Position numbers and translations under genes: made by a program. The notes under the pieces are model-generated. The model saw nothing but the letters and a program-made list of their open reading frames with translations, had not been told where the DNA came from and ran no database searches. This document shows positions 52,436-64,000 of a stretch of DNA of 64,000 bases, one piece after another (positions within the stretch are counted from its first letter, which is position 1; each line of letters opens with the position of its first letter). The DNA is from Lama glama (taxonomy: Eukaryota), in the NCBI GenBank assembly GCA_028534125.1, contig CM052849.1:5766001-5830000 (forward strand), in the 5' to 3' direction.

Positions 52436-55175
52436 GTGTGGTAGGATAGCATGTGGATGGGAGGGACGGATGAATGGAAAGATAAAAGGATGGATATTTG
52501 GGAGAGAGGCCTTATGTTATTTCTATTCAGATATGAATTTGGCTGTAACCTCATAGAAAGCAGGTGTGGGTGGCTTCGCCAGCAAACTGCTTGACAGCGG
52601 TTACCTCTTAGAAAAGGGGAACGAGGACAGGGTTGGAGATTTTGCTCCAAGGGGACTGAAGCCTTCTCTGTTATTATTAAATATGGAGGTGGTACCTGTG
52701 AGTTGAGTAATTAAGGACATTTGAAAAGTAAGAATGGCACAAGGACCCACTTCTAGGGTGTGGGGGTTTAATGTGCACCTGACACGCCCAGTGCAGTGCC
52801 TGGCGCACAGTGGGAGCGCAGTCAGAGGAAACCATTGTTGGTTTACTGCATTGCAGCCATCTGGCTGCATCTTAGCAGATGAAGCAGTTGAGATCTTTGC
52901 ATATGGGCAAACTTGAGCTCAGAGATGGAAAGGGACTTTCCCGAGGTCACCCAGCAAAGTAGGAGCGAGGCTTGCTGGAAACCAGTCTTTCTGGCTCTGG
53001 TGTAGGGGCCATGTCTCCTCTGTCACCTTGTGGCCCTGGCCAGGTGTCTGGGCCTCCTGGTCATCACCAGGCTCTGTGGGCTGCTCAAGTGCCCCAGCTT
53101 GTTGATCACTTGATGTTCACCAGTCCAGCTGATACCCAGGAAGTGGGCAAGCCTGGAAGTGGCAGGGGTGTAGCCTGTGGGAGTTGCATTGTGGTTTTGC
53201 CCAGCAGCACTGGGAGGACTGCCAAGGATGTGGAGCCTGTGATGGTGGAAAGATCTGGAAGATATGGAAAGATCTCCCCAACCTGGTGTGGAGTGAAGCA
53301 AGAAGCAGTCTCTGTAGGTGGGCACTGGCTGCTAGCCCCATATAGCTTCACAGTCATACTGCTCCTCTCCTGCTCAAACACTTGCCATGGCTCCCTAGTA
53401 CCCAAATCTAAATGTCTCCCTGTACCTGTTGAGTAATAATAGGGCCTAGAGCACCTACTGTTTGGTAGGCAGGATACAAAGTGCTTTACATGTGTTACCT
53501 TATTTAACCCTTACAAGAGCCATATGGCACTGTGCAAGTCTGATTCTCATTGTATAGAGGAGGAAACTGACACCCACAGGAGCTAACCGTGTTGCCCAAG
53601 GTCACGTGGCTCATGGCCCTGCCAGGATCTGCAGTCTGATTCCAGATCCAGACTCTTCACCAAGAGGCCAGCCTGCCTCATCTTAACAGGAGAATGAACC
53701 AGCACGATGCCGACAGAGAGGAGTCTGGGTTGGGGTGTCCAGAAAGCCAGGCCCAGGCCTGGCTGCTCCATGACCTTGCTGTGTGACCTTGGCCATACTC
53801 TGGGCTTTCTCCAAGGCAGACTCTGTATTCCAAAGCTCAAGGCTCAGTGTTATGCAACAAACCTAGAAAACACCCCCATTCCATTTTTCTATTCTTTTAC
53901 ATCACATTATTGTTAAATATCCACTGTAGAATAGTTAGAAAATTCTAGAGAAATAAATGAAGCCCAGTTAGCATTTTAGGGTGGACCTTTCTGGAGTATT
54001 TTCCCAACATCAATACTCACCAGAGTGGGATTGGGTAACCTTTTTATTCTCCAACGTCGCATCCCAGATGTCCTGCAGGGTAACGAGTCCTTTCTTACAA
54101 ATGTATGCAGATCTGTTATGGTTGTACTGTGGAGTATGTGGTTAGGATATCTAATGAGAGATGATGATAAATTAAGAGCTGGTATTTACTAAAATCCTCC
54201 TGCTGTGCAGTCCTGCCCTAAGCACCTACTGCAGTGGTCATCACAGCAGCCCTCTGAGGCAGGCAGTTCAGGCCCATTTTACAGATGAGGAAACCAAGGC
54301 TGTTGAAGTTAAAGCAGGCCCAGGTCTCATGGCCCATCCTTGGCTGAGCTGGTAGACTCGCTGGGGACCCGTAGGTAGCAGCAGTAGCTGCAGCCCTCTG
54401 CTCTTCCTCCCAGTTAAGCCTCCATCTCACTTACATCCTCCCTGCAGCCTGGTTAGTAAGACTTGCTGGACCCATTTTACAGATGAAGAAACCGAGGCCT
54501 AAGGAGAGGAGAGGGCACCGCTGTGGAGTCTGGGGCAAAGGCAGGTGCAACTGCATGCCTGGGGCTCTGTTCACCTTCTGCTTCCCCTTGGGGCCATGTG
54601 CACCGTGTGTCTGAGGCCATGGTCACCCCCCACTCCCTCAAGTCCCCAGTGTCCTCCATGCACTTCTGACTTGAGTTAATCTCCAGGGTCACATGCTGGT
54701 GTGTGCTGCCGGCGTGGGTGGATGTCGCATTTCTTTCATAATAGTTCTATTGTCTCCGACTTTTATAGTCTAAGGAAAATCAAAACACCCAAACCACGTC
54801 CCCAGAATATGCCATCAGACTTTTCCTGGCACAAACACTTTCCACGCTCATGTTTGTTGGTGGAGGGAGGAAATGGGCAGGAACCAGAAGGAACGGGTGC
54901 CCAAGGTCCCCCTGAGGCAGGAGTGCAGCTCCCGGCTCACGAGCCATAGTCCTTGGATGGTCCCCAGGATCCCGGGATTTTGGATGGGAAAAAAAATGAC
55001 ATCTCTGTTTACCCTAATGAACATCTATGTAGGTGTCAATGTAGGTGACAAATGGCAGTCATCATGGAGTATTTTTTGTTTATTCTGTAAAATTTTATGT
55101 TTATTCTATAAAATTCAAGAATTGTAGGAGCAGTGGCAGCTGAGTCTTGGTCACCAAGAGAAACCATATATATCA

Positions 55176-55348
55176 GGGGAGGGCATAGCTCAGTGTAGAG
55201 CGTGTACTTAACATGCACGAGGTCCTGGGTTCGATCCCCAGTATGTCCATTAAAAAAATCAATCAATCAATAAACCTAATCCCCCCCCCAAAAAAACCAA
55301 CAAAAAATAAAGTGTTAAAAGAAAACAAACTCAACTTTCTGAAAAAAA
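55176..55348 (+). mobile_element. tRNA-Ala-derived SINE, same family
   Basis: A/B boxes (GGTTCGATCCC), same taaacctaat tail, TSD agaaaccat(a/g)tatat (55159-55173, 55349-55363). Confidence 0.85.
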
Positions 55349-55500
55349 AGAAACCATGTATATAACTTCATATCATATTTCTCTTGCTCTAGTTAACTCT
55401 GCCTGTCACTCCATGCAAATTACAGTCTTTACAAGGCCCACCCCTCGGTCTGGTTATTCATTGCTTCAATCTAGGAGCATATAGGCGACTCTCACAGCAT

Positions 55501-55597
55501 CTTTTTTTTTTTTTTAATTTTTTTTCAATTGAAGTTAGTTGATTTACAATATTGTGTTAGTTTCTGGCATACGACATAGTGATTCAGTTACAGATAC
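55501..55597 (-). mobile_element. Short L1 3'-terminal fragment with poly(T)
   Basis: T-run followed by ttgaagttagttgatttacaatattgtgttagtttctgg...gtgattcagtta, the artiodactyl-type L1 3' end. Confidence 0.7.
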
Positions 55598-58500
55598 ATC
55601 TTAATCATTGTATTCTTAGCCAGACTTGACTATATAATTGGTCTCCTTTTACTCCTCTGTATTTGATTCCATTGAAAAACACTCTTCTGGGCAGGGGTCC
55701 CTAGGTTTCCCCATACGGCTGGTGGGATCTCTAACACCAGAAAGGTCAAAGACCCGATCAGTTGGGCCCTGGTGAGTTCTGCCGCTGCCCGGCATGGCTG
55801 TGTGAGCTGGGGACCCGCTTCCCTGTCTGCCTGTCTTATCTGTGGCCTGATCGGAGAAGTGCTTTCTTGCTCTGCATCCTTGTGGGAGGTCAGCAGTGGT
55901 GCTGGACGCTGCCTGTGGTGGTGCCAGTCTGTCTGTCTGCTGAGCGTGGCCCTGGGCATCCTCTGTGCGGGCAGGTGCTCCTGTAGCCACATGCACGTCC
56001 CTGCCCTGGCATCCATCTCCCTCTGCATGGCTCGTCTGTTGCTCTGACATTCCTCCCGACAGGCCTGTGTCTCTCCTAAGAAACAATTAGTGTGAAATTG
56101 CAGCTATCACTAAACTCATGCCCGGTGCTGGCCTCACGACAGCCGGCCAGGCGGGCACAGTCTGCATCTTATTCTGGGATGAGGGGAGTAAGGCCCAGAG
56201 AGGAGAAGCTGCCGACTCAGGGTCACACAGCTGGCGAGTGGGTGAGCCTAGATTGCACCTGGGCCTGTCAGACTCTTGGTCCCCACGCTCTGACTGTATG
56301 ACTTCCCCTGCCTGGCCGGTCAGTAGTCCCTGAGTGCTGAATTCAGTGCCCCAGTGTTTCATAGAGCAAGGGGAGGAGCAGCTCCCCAGGCTCCATCTCA
56401 GAACTTCCAAATCAGAATATTTGGGGGCAGGACCCAGGAGTCTGTGTCTTAACCATTTCGAGTGATTCTGATGCACATGAAAGTTTCAAACCACTTTAAA
56501 GGGAAGAAATAACAGTAATCCAGTAAAAAAGCTCTGAGCGAGCACTGTCAGTCACTTCATTTATTTAATTAAACCTCCCTCCTGCTGTTAGCATCCCCAT
56601 TTCACAGACGAGAAAACTGAGGCACAGAGCAGTTAGGTAACATGGTTCTCTGCCTCCCCCGCTCCAACCAGGGCTGCACTGCTAGTAATCACCAAAACCA
56701 GGACTCAAGCCAGTGTGTAGAGCTCCCACTTCAGTGTTCATCCCCCGACCCCACCCTGAGTCCTGGCAGCTTCTAGCAGAGAAATTGAGATAGGGTTGTG
56801 TGTGCGGCGGGTACAGGAAACCCTGGGCCCTGCAAGGTCACCCTGGCCCTTTCCTGTTTATACTCTATCAGGCCAGGCCCTGCGTGTTCCCGAACAGGAA
56901 GCCCCAGAGCAGGGGCCGCTCCAGGCGCTGGGGGCAAGGCTGGGGAACTGGAGCCAGGAGGCCGAGCCGATCAAGGCCCTGAGCAACCACGTGACCTCAG
57001 ACATGCATGGCCCCCATTTATGTGCTGGGTAGCGTAGGTGTTTGGGGTAGTGGTTAAGAACTTGGCTTCTGACATCAGACAGATCTGGGTTTCAGGTCAG
57101 TTTCCGCTCATTCCTCTCTATGTGACCTTGAGCTGAGCACTTGACCTCTCTGAGCCTCAGCTTCCCCCGCTGTCAAATGGGCTAATAATAACGCCTCCCC
57201 CCCGCCAGGTTGTTGTTAGAGGCAAAACATACGTCAAAGCTCCAGGCACACACAGGTCTCTCTCCCTAAGTGTTACTTGGCGGCAGACCAGACACGGGCT
57301 GATTCCCCGTGTGTGCCTGCGCTTTTATTGAAAAAAAATCAACCGTTTGTTTTTCTGAGTTGTCCACTTTTCTCTCACTCACCCAAGGCTGGCCACCTGA
57401 GTCCTCCCACTGGCCCTTCCGAGATGGGGTCTAGAACCCAAGTACATACTGGCTCCCACAGCAGCTCCTGCATTTGTGTTTTGTGAGTTTGTCCAAGTTC
57501 CAGGGAGGAGCGCCCATGGATCAGGGGCCTGACTCGCTGGCCAGCGGACATCGAGCTCGGCACCTGATTTTTACGATCTTGACTGGAACCCAGCCACGTG
57601 CGTTCCTTGATGTGTCCTCTCCGGCTGTTTTTTGGGCCACACAGGCAGAGTGACGTAGCCGCGACAGACCCTTGGACCCAGGGGACTGAAATTGTTGGCT
57701 CTCTGGTCTTTCACGGAAGTTGGCTGACCCCACCTCACCAGGCCATTGGCTTCTTAGTTTTTGTGTTCTTTCAGTCTTCATCCATGTGCCTGGTGGCAGT
57801 GATCAGAATATTTAATGCTCACGTTTTTGCAATCCGTTCTAGGCATGATGGATGTTATGGAATTCCTCACAGCTCTGTTTGTTCCAATCTTGTTCCCATT
57901 TCTTAAATGAGAACACTGAGGCTCAGAGAGCTGGATTGACCTAAGACACCCAGCCTCTGAGTACGGGGGTGGTGACGTGACCCCCTCCCTCATCACTCCC
58001 CAGCCCCAGCATGTGCTGAACTGGGCCTCAGAGGGGGAGGCAGGATGGCATGTGGGGGCCCTGCTTTGATCATTTTAGGTAAAAATGCATAGGTAGCCAG
58101 GAAGGGGCGATCCTGGATCTGGGAGCCTGGGCTGTGGAGAGAGAGAGAGGGAGATTCTAGCTTGCCTCCTTACCAGCTGTGTGGCCTTGGGCAGGTGAAC
58201 CCGCCTCTCTGAGCCCAAATAAAGAGACGGTTAATAAGGGAGTGTCAGATGGCGTGATGGAGAGGGGTAGCGCCGACAAAATCCAACGATACATTTCGAA
58301 CCCTTAGCTCAGTGCCTGGCGTACAGTACGTGCTCGGTAACTGGGGGCTAGTACTTCTAAGGCAGCATGCCAGTCTGCTTTCTTTTTTCCTCTTAAACCG
58401 CCCCACATGCTTTTTTTGCTCAAGCCTCATCTAAAGCCTTGGAATTATTTTGTTTCCTCTCCTGCTTGCCCCACTGGATTCTGGCAGACTTTTCTTGGCT

Positions 58501-60137
58501 GGCTGCCCTCTAGAGTGGGTCAGAGATGTCTGATCCCCAGGGACCCCACCCAAGAGAACTCCAGTCCACCCCTACCCCCACCCCCGACTCTGGGCAGGAG
58601 GTTTAGAGCTTGGGATGGTGAGGTCAGCGGGCCCCCCAGCAGGGTAGGTGGTTGCCAGGGTGATGGAATGTTTGGGAGCTGGTTCCCACAGAGAGGGCTT
58701 GCAAGGCTGATGGCTGAGCTCTGGCACTTGCGTGGGGTCCCCCTCCCTGGTTGCTCTGTAAGGGCGGTGACCTGCCTCCTGAGCTGGCATGGCATGCTCC
58801 GGCCCTCCTTCCCCTGTCCTGGGACCGTTGATCTGCTGGGCTTGGGGAAATCCTGCTGAGTTAGAAAATTCACGTGAGTCTGACCCCCTAGGGCCTGTCT
58901 CCTCTCCCATCCCAGGCGTGGCCTTCTAAGCCTTTATCACATGCTGATTCCTTGCTCCCCACGAGAATGTCATCTCCGTGAGGGCAGAGCCCTTGTGTGC
59001 TGCCCTGGATGTGTTCCAGCAACTTGGTCACTGCCTGGCATGTAGAGCATGCTCGAGAAACATCTGTGGACTGAATGAATCTGGGCCGAGGGGCCGCTCC
59101 CCCTCCGTCCCTTCCAGCAGTCGTTCAGGACAGCCCATGGGTCAGGGGAAAGAGAGAGTGATGCCCCCCCACACCCCACCATCCTCTCCTGCCGGGCCCA
59201 TCTTCTGAACCATGTGACATGAGACCAAGGATGTTATCATGAGGACAGAGCCCGGTTTGGAAACTCGCTTTGGGGGACTTCTGTGAATCACGTCAACTTT
59301 CGGGTCTTCCATCTCCTCATCTATCCAATGGAGACGAGTATCCCTGCCTTAGAAAGTTCAGCTGAGGATGAAATGAGAAAATGAAAGCCAAAGAGTGAAG
59401 AGCAGTCGCTGTGTGCCAGGTGGTGGTCTAACATTTCCTAAGTTCTTGACACTTCCCAGTACTCCTGTGAGGCCAGTTCCTCACTTACACTGGCCACATT
59501 TCAAGTACCCAGATGCCACATGTATTGCTGTCACCCCCATTTTACAGATGAGGCAACTGAGGCTCAGAGAGGTTAAGTGACTTGCCAAGGTCACACAGCC
59601 AGTAACTGGTAGAGCTGGAATTTGAGCCCGAGCAGTCTGACGCCCTACTATGCTTGGCATATAATTCAAAAACTAATGGTCATTTTATTGTTTTATTATA
59701 TAGATAAAAACAAAAGTTTGTTTTTAGGAGAGAAATATTATCACCTCCCACCTGAATGCCATCCCTGGTGGCATTTTGAGTCTATTCCCTTCTCATCTTT
59801 TTTCTTACCTGTGGTTTGTGTTCGCTGCTTGGGTTGGTCGACTTTTCGGCATCGTGGTGGACCCACGTGGGCCTTTGTCATCCCCCAATTAGAGAACCAA
59901 GGTGCTGCCTCCCTACCCTGCCCTGCCACTGGGCTGTAGTGAGGGTGAAACGAGGTAGGGCGTGGAAAGGCCCAGGTCTGGTGTTAAATATACAGTGGTG
60001 CTTACTAAATGCTGAGGTTCCTCCTACAGGAAAAGGAGGGCTCATTGACACTCCCCACTCCCCTGTACCTCTCCCTTGTCTCCTGAGTCGTCACGGGCCA
60101 ACAGAACTTTGTGCAAATGGTGGGAATATTCTAGAAG

Positions 60138-60346
60138 AGGGGCCCGCAGACTTTGTAAATGTCCAGATAGTAAATATTTCAGGTTTTGTGGAACACGTAG
60201 AGTTTTGATTGCTGCTGCATCTCCCCAGCCCCTCCTCCTCCTCTTTCCCTTAAAAAAAAAGTGTGAAAACCAGGCTTAGCTCGCAGGCCATACAAAACAG
60301 GCTGAGGGCTGGATGTGGCCCATGGGCCACAGTGTGCTGCCCCCCT
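60138..60346 (+). mobile_element. MER58B-like MITE
   Basis: ccagatagtaaatatttcaggttttgtgg ... ggctggatgtggcccatgggccacagt. Confidence 0.65.
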
Positions 60347-63204
60347 CCAGGGACAGCACTGTCCAGGGCGGTGGCCACCCTGGTCTCCTCTGTGACCCCT
60401 GGCTGGGCTCTACAGCGTGACCAGCGCAAGCAAGGAGCTGAATTGTAGATTGTATTTAATTTTACTTAAGTCTAAATGCCAACCTGCGGCTGGTGCGCCC
60501 TGTTGGACACGCAGCTGTAAGTGACTGAAGGCCGACAGCTCTGTCCCACCGCCCTGAAAAGGGGCCGTGGGAGCTGCCCGGCTGGCAGGCTTCTTGAACT
60601 CTCTGGCATTTCAAGGGCTGCCTGAGGGCGGCTGGGCCTGAGCCATCTTGTCTCTGGAAGATCTTTAAGTGCTCTGGTCCCTAATTGCCTTTTTTTCTTT
60701 TTTGTTCCAAGAGCCAGGCCTGTCTTCATTGGCCACCCATGTCCCCGTGTATTCCGTAGCTGGGAGAAGGGATGGGGGTGGGAACCCTTCTCCTCCTGGG
60801 TTTAGATGTCCTATAATCAGGTTGGTATTTCAAGGGTAGAAAAAAAACCTGTATAGAGGCAAGGAGTGAGCAAATAGGAAGGGAGAGAGGACCAAAGAAA
60901 CGGAGTAACAGCCTACACCCAGTTTATTTCTATCACACCACAAATAAAAACAATCACTGAGGTTTTTGAGTACTTGCTGTTACCTTAAACCTCCCATTAG
61001 CCCATTTTACAGAATAGGAAAACTGAGGCTCAAAAGAGCAACTCTCTAGGTAGTCGGGGAGTCATCCAACTCCAGGGCTGCATCCTTAACCACCCCCACC
61101 CACCTCTTGGAATAGGACTAAGAGGAGGGGCGTTGAGCCTGAGACTCTCTGAGTGAGTCTTTGAAATGATTTCTGCTGCTGAGCCTCAATTTGCCCATCT
61201 GTAAAATGGGAGAAGGTGAGGGTTGGACTAAAAATCCACACTCCCCTACCCCAAAATGGTGAGGACACAGCAGTGAGATGTACACAAGGACTCCCTTGGT
61301 TCCACATCAGCCAGCCTTCACACCAGACCCCAGTGAGCTCATGGCCCCATTCCTCTAACACAGCGGTTAAGACCTGAGCACCAGAGTCCCACAGATCTGG
61401 ATGGCGATCCTGGTTCCCAGAGTTGGTTGCTCTTCCTCTTGGTGTCCTTTTCTCACCTGTAAAATTGGGATCATTGTGCTTTCCTCGTAGGGGGTTAAAT
61501 GGCCCAAGCAGTCACATGGTAGGCGTTTGGTCAGTGTTAGGTGGCGGCAGCAAGGTGTTGTTCAGTTCCGGGGGGGCGCCATCTTGATCATAGGCTAGGT
61601 ACGCGGTGCCCTTTGGAGTTGGGCAGTGCACAGCCTGTTCAACGTAACCAGCCTTCCTAGATGGTGACTAGTGATTGAGTGGTGGTGGTTGTTGCTTCTT
61701 ATATTTACTTTTCCTGAAGTCCAGGGTCGAGAGGAAGGGAGAGCCTGGTTGGCAGAGACCCACTACTCCCCAAGGCAGCAGTGCCTTTGCTCAGATCCTC
61801 ATCTCACACCTATCTGCCTGAGATGTGGGCCAGTTCATTCCCTGGCAGAATCCGTGAATTTAGACCCCAGCTGTGACATCATGGGCTGAGGTGGCCTGTC
61901 TCTGTGCTGCTGTTCATCCCCCAGAGTGCTTTCCCCTCAAAGCACTGTCGGGTGCCCTTGGGAAGCCAGGCATTCCCCCTCTGCCCCTCTGAAGGGGCCC
62001 AGCCCCTCTGCATGGCACCCACCCTAATGCAGCATCTCATCTGCCTTTGCAGGGCTCAGCCGGTGGACAGTCCTGGCCAGCAGCTGCGAGGGCTAGAGCC
62101 CAGGGATGAGTGTGCCCAGGGGAGGTAAGTGCTTCTCGAAGGTCCCCCAGAGTCCCGGCTCCTCCAGAGACACCTGCACGCCCCCAGCCTCCATGACTGA
62201 CCACCAAGCAAACTCCTCTGGGCATCTCTCTCCCCTGTTCCAAATCTGTGCTAGACAAAGCTGCACCCCCGGAGTGTGGAGAGGGCGGGCCTCTGCTCTT
62301 CCTCACCTCCTGGGAAAATGACTCTCCTGGTGGATAGGAGAAGGCTGAGTTCCAGAGCTGGCAGGGACTTACCTGGCGTAACTGAGCCGATTCAAGGCAC
62401 AGCCGGAGTCCAGACCCTGTCTGCCGCATCTCCCAGTGCCACTGACTCAACACTTCACCCCAGAGTTCCCTGAACCCCGTCATCACTCACCAAGGAAAGG
62501 TTGTTATCATCCCCCTTTTATGGAGGAGAAAACAGAAACTCAGCAAGGTGAAGTCCCTTGTCCCGCGCTCCAGCTCACAGGTGGCTGAGGCTGGATTTGC
62601 ACCTGGGGCTGTAAGGCTCCAAATCTGAGGCTCTCAGCCACCTCCTCACTGCCAGGATGCCAGACATCTCCCTCGGCACGGTCCAGCCGGGTGGTGGGGT
62701 GGAGGGCAGGCCCGGGTCCCTGGGCCGGGTGGAGTCTCTGGTTCTGGGTGACCAGGAAGCTGCCTTCTGCTTCGTAGGTTCCCAGCTGCTTTCCCTCTGC
62801 CAAGTCGCCCTGCTTTTGCTTCTCAAGCCGCTCTCCAGGCCTCTGCTGTCTCCTGCTCACAGCTGACCTGCCCGCTTTGAGTCGTTTTCTCCCGGTGGCA
62901 GAGATGGGCCCCTCGCTGGGTCATGTCCAAGGACAGTGACCAGCTTGGCCTCAGCCTGCTCTGACCCAGGCCTGCCGCTCTGGCTGTGCAATCCTGGGCA
63001 AGTTGCCGCTTCTCTCTGAGCTGCTTGCCGGCGCAGGGCATCCCTACCCGAGGTGGTGGAGAGGACCCCGCTAAGTGGTGCCTAGAATAAGCTTGAGCAG
63101 AGTACATGCTCAGAGAATGTAAAAACGCAACTCAGGTGCTTGGTTTTGAAGTCCTGTAGCCAAATGAAGGATCAGTCTCAAGCAAAACTTGTGAGTTGAT
63201 AACA

Positions 63205-63335
63205 TTTTTATTTATTTACTTTTTTGGTGGGGGTAGGTAATTAGGTTTACTTTTTTTTTTAATCGAGGTGCTGGGGACTGAACCCAGGACCTAGTGCATG
63301 CTAAGCACGCGCTCTACCACTAAGCTTTACCTCCC
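63205..63335 (-). mobile_element. tRNA-Ala-derived SINE, same family
   Basis: Reverse complement of the head and tail of the two copies above. Confidence 0.8.
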
Positions 63336-63440
63336 TGTCTTGGTAACGTTTTGAAAAATTCTTTCTATCCCTTCTTCCAGGCCTTTCCCCTTAGTATTTA
63401 GTACCCAGATCACTTCCAACCCCAAACATAAGCTCAGGAG

Positions 63441-63516
63441 TACACACACACACGCACACACACACGCACACACATACATGCACACACACACGCACGCACA
63501 CACACGCACACACGCA
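63441..63516 (+). repeat. (CA)n/(CG) alternating microsatellite
   Basis: Read directly. Confidence 0.95.
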
Positions 63517-64000
63517 GGCAGTGGCAGGCACACTTTATCTATCCTGTCTGGAAACAACTTTCCCAGATTATCCCCTTTCCTCTGTGTCTCCTCATCCCCC
63601 ATCACCATCTGTTCCCAAATGCTCCAGTCTCTCACTCCCCACCAAGTGTCAGGAAGAAAGGGAGATGGTGCTAATTCAAGCTAAAGTGTGATTGACAGTC
63701 CCCCAGGGGCATTGACACCGAAGTCATAATCCTTGGCAGAATTCTAGTCTCAGGTCCGTGGGGAGAAGTTCAGTGAGCTCTTAGAGAAGCTGAGGGCTCC
63801 TTGGAGGGATATCTGAGTGACTGTATGTCCCGCCCAGCCTGCCTTCCCCCTGAAAGTAGCCGTGGAATTAGATTTCCCCATCCCAGACCTAAATCCGGAG
63901 CACCCATGAAAAATGGCAACAGTTTCAGCAACATGATAGGTGCAAATTTCTGGGGAGAAGGGCACCAGCTATCTGATGCTCAGAGGAGCCAGTGACCCCT

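Overview
Mammalian genomic DNA, most likely a camelid (inferred from tRNA-Ala-type SINEs). It holds two complete, intact beta-crystallin genes arranged head-to-head. CRYBA4 is on the - strand (5 coding exons, 196 aa, about 8.7-15.2 kb) and CRYBB1 is on the + strand (5 coding exons, 249 aa, about 19.1-29.65 kb). A CpG-island promoter and non-coding first exon at about 34 kb is assigned to TPST2 by conserved synteny only; its long first intron fills the rest of the window and no TPST2 coding sequence is visible. The remainder is interspersed repeats (MIR, L2, L1, MLT, MER DNA transposons, young SINEs), microsatellites and a 500-N assembly gap. Almost all ORFs in the supplied track are spurious. 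I found no CRISPR array, RNA gene or new multi-gene system. The best leads are: an in-frame upstream AUG in CRYBA4 exon 1 (possible betaA3/betaA1-like dual initiation), convergent CTCF motifs bracketing the crystallin pair, a (TG7)4 G-quadruplex in the shared promoter, a Sox-motif cluster, an internally deleted MER20 at the edge of the TPST2 promoter, and a 40-bp local templated duplication. Repeat subfamily names and orthologue comparisons are from memory and need RepeatMasker/alignment confirmation.
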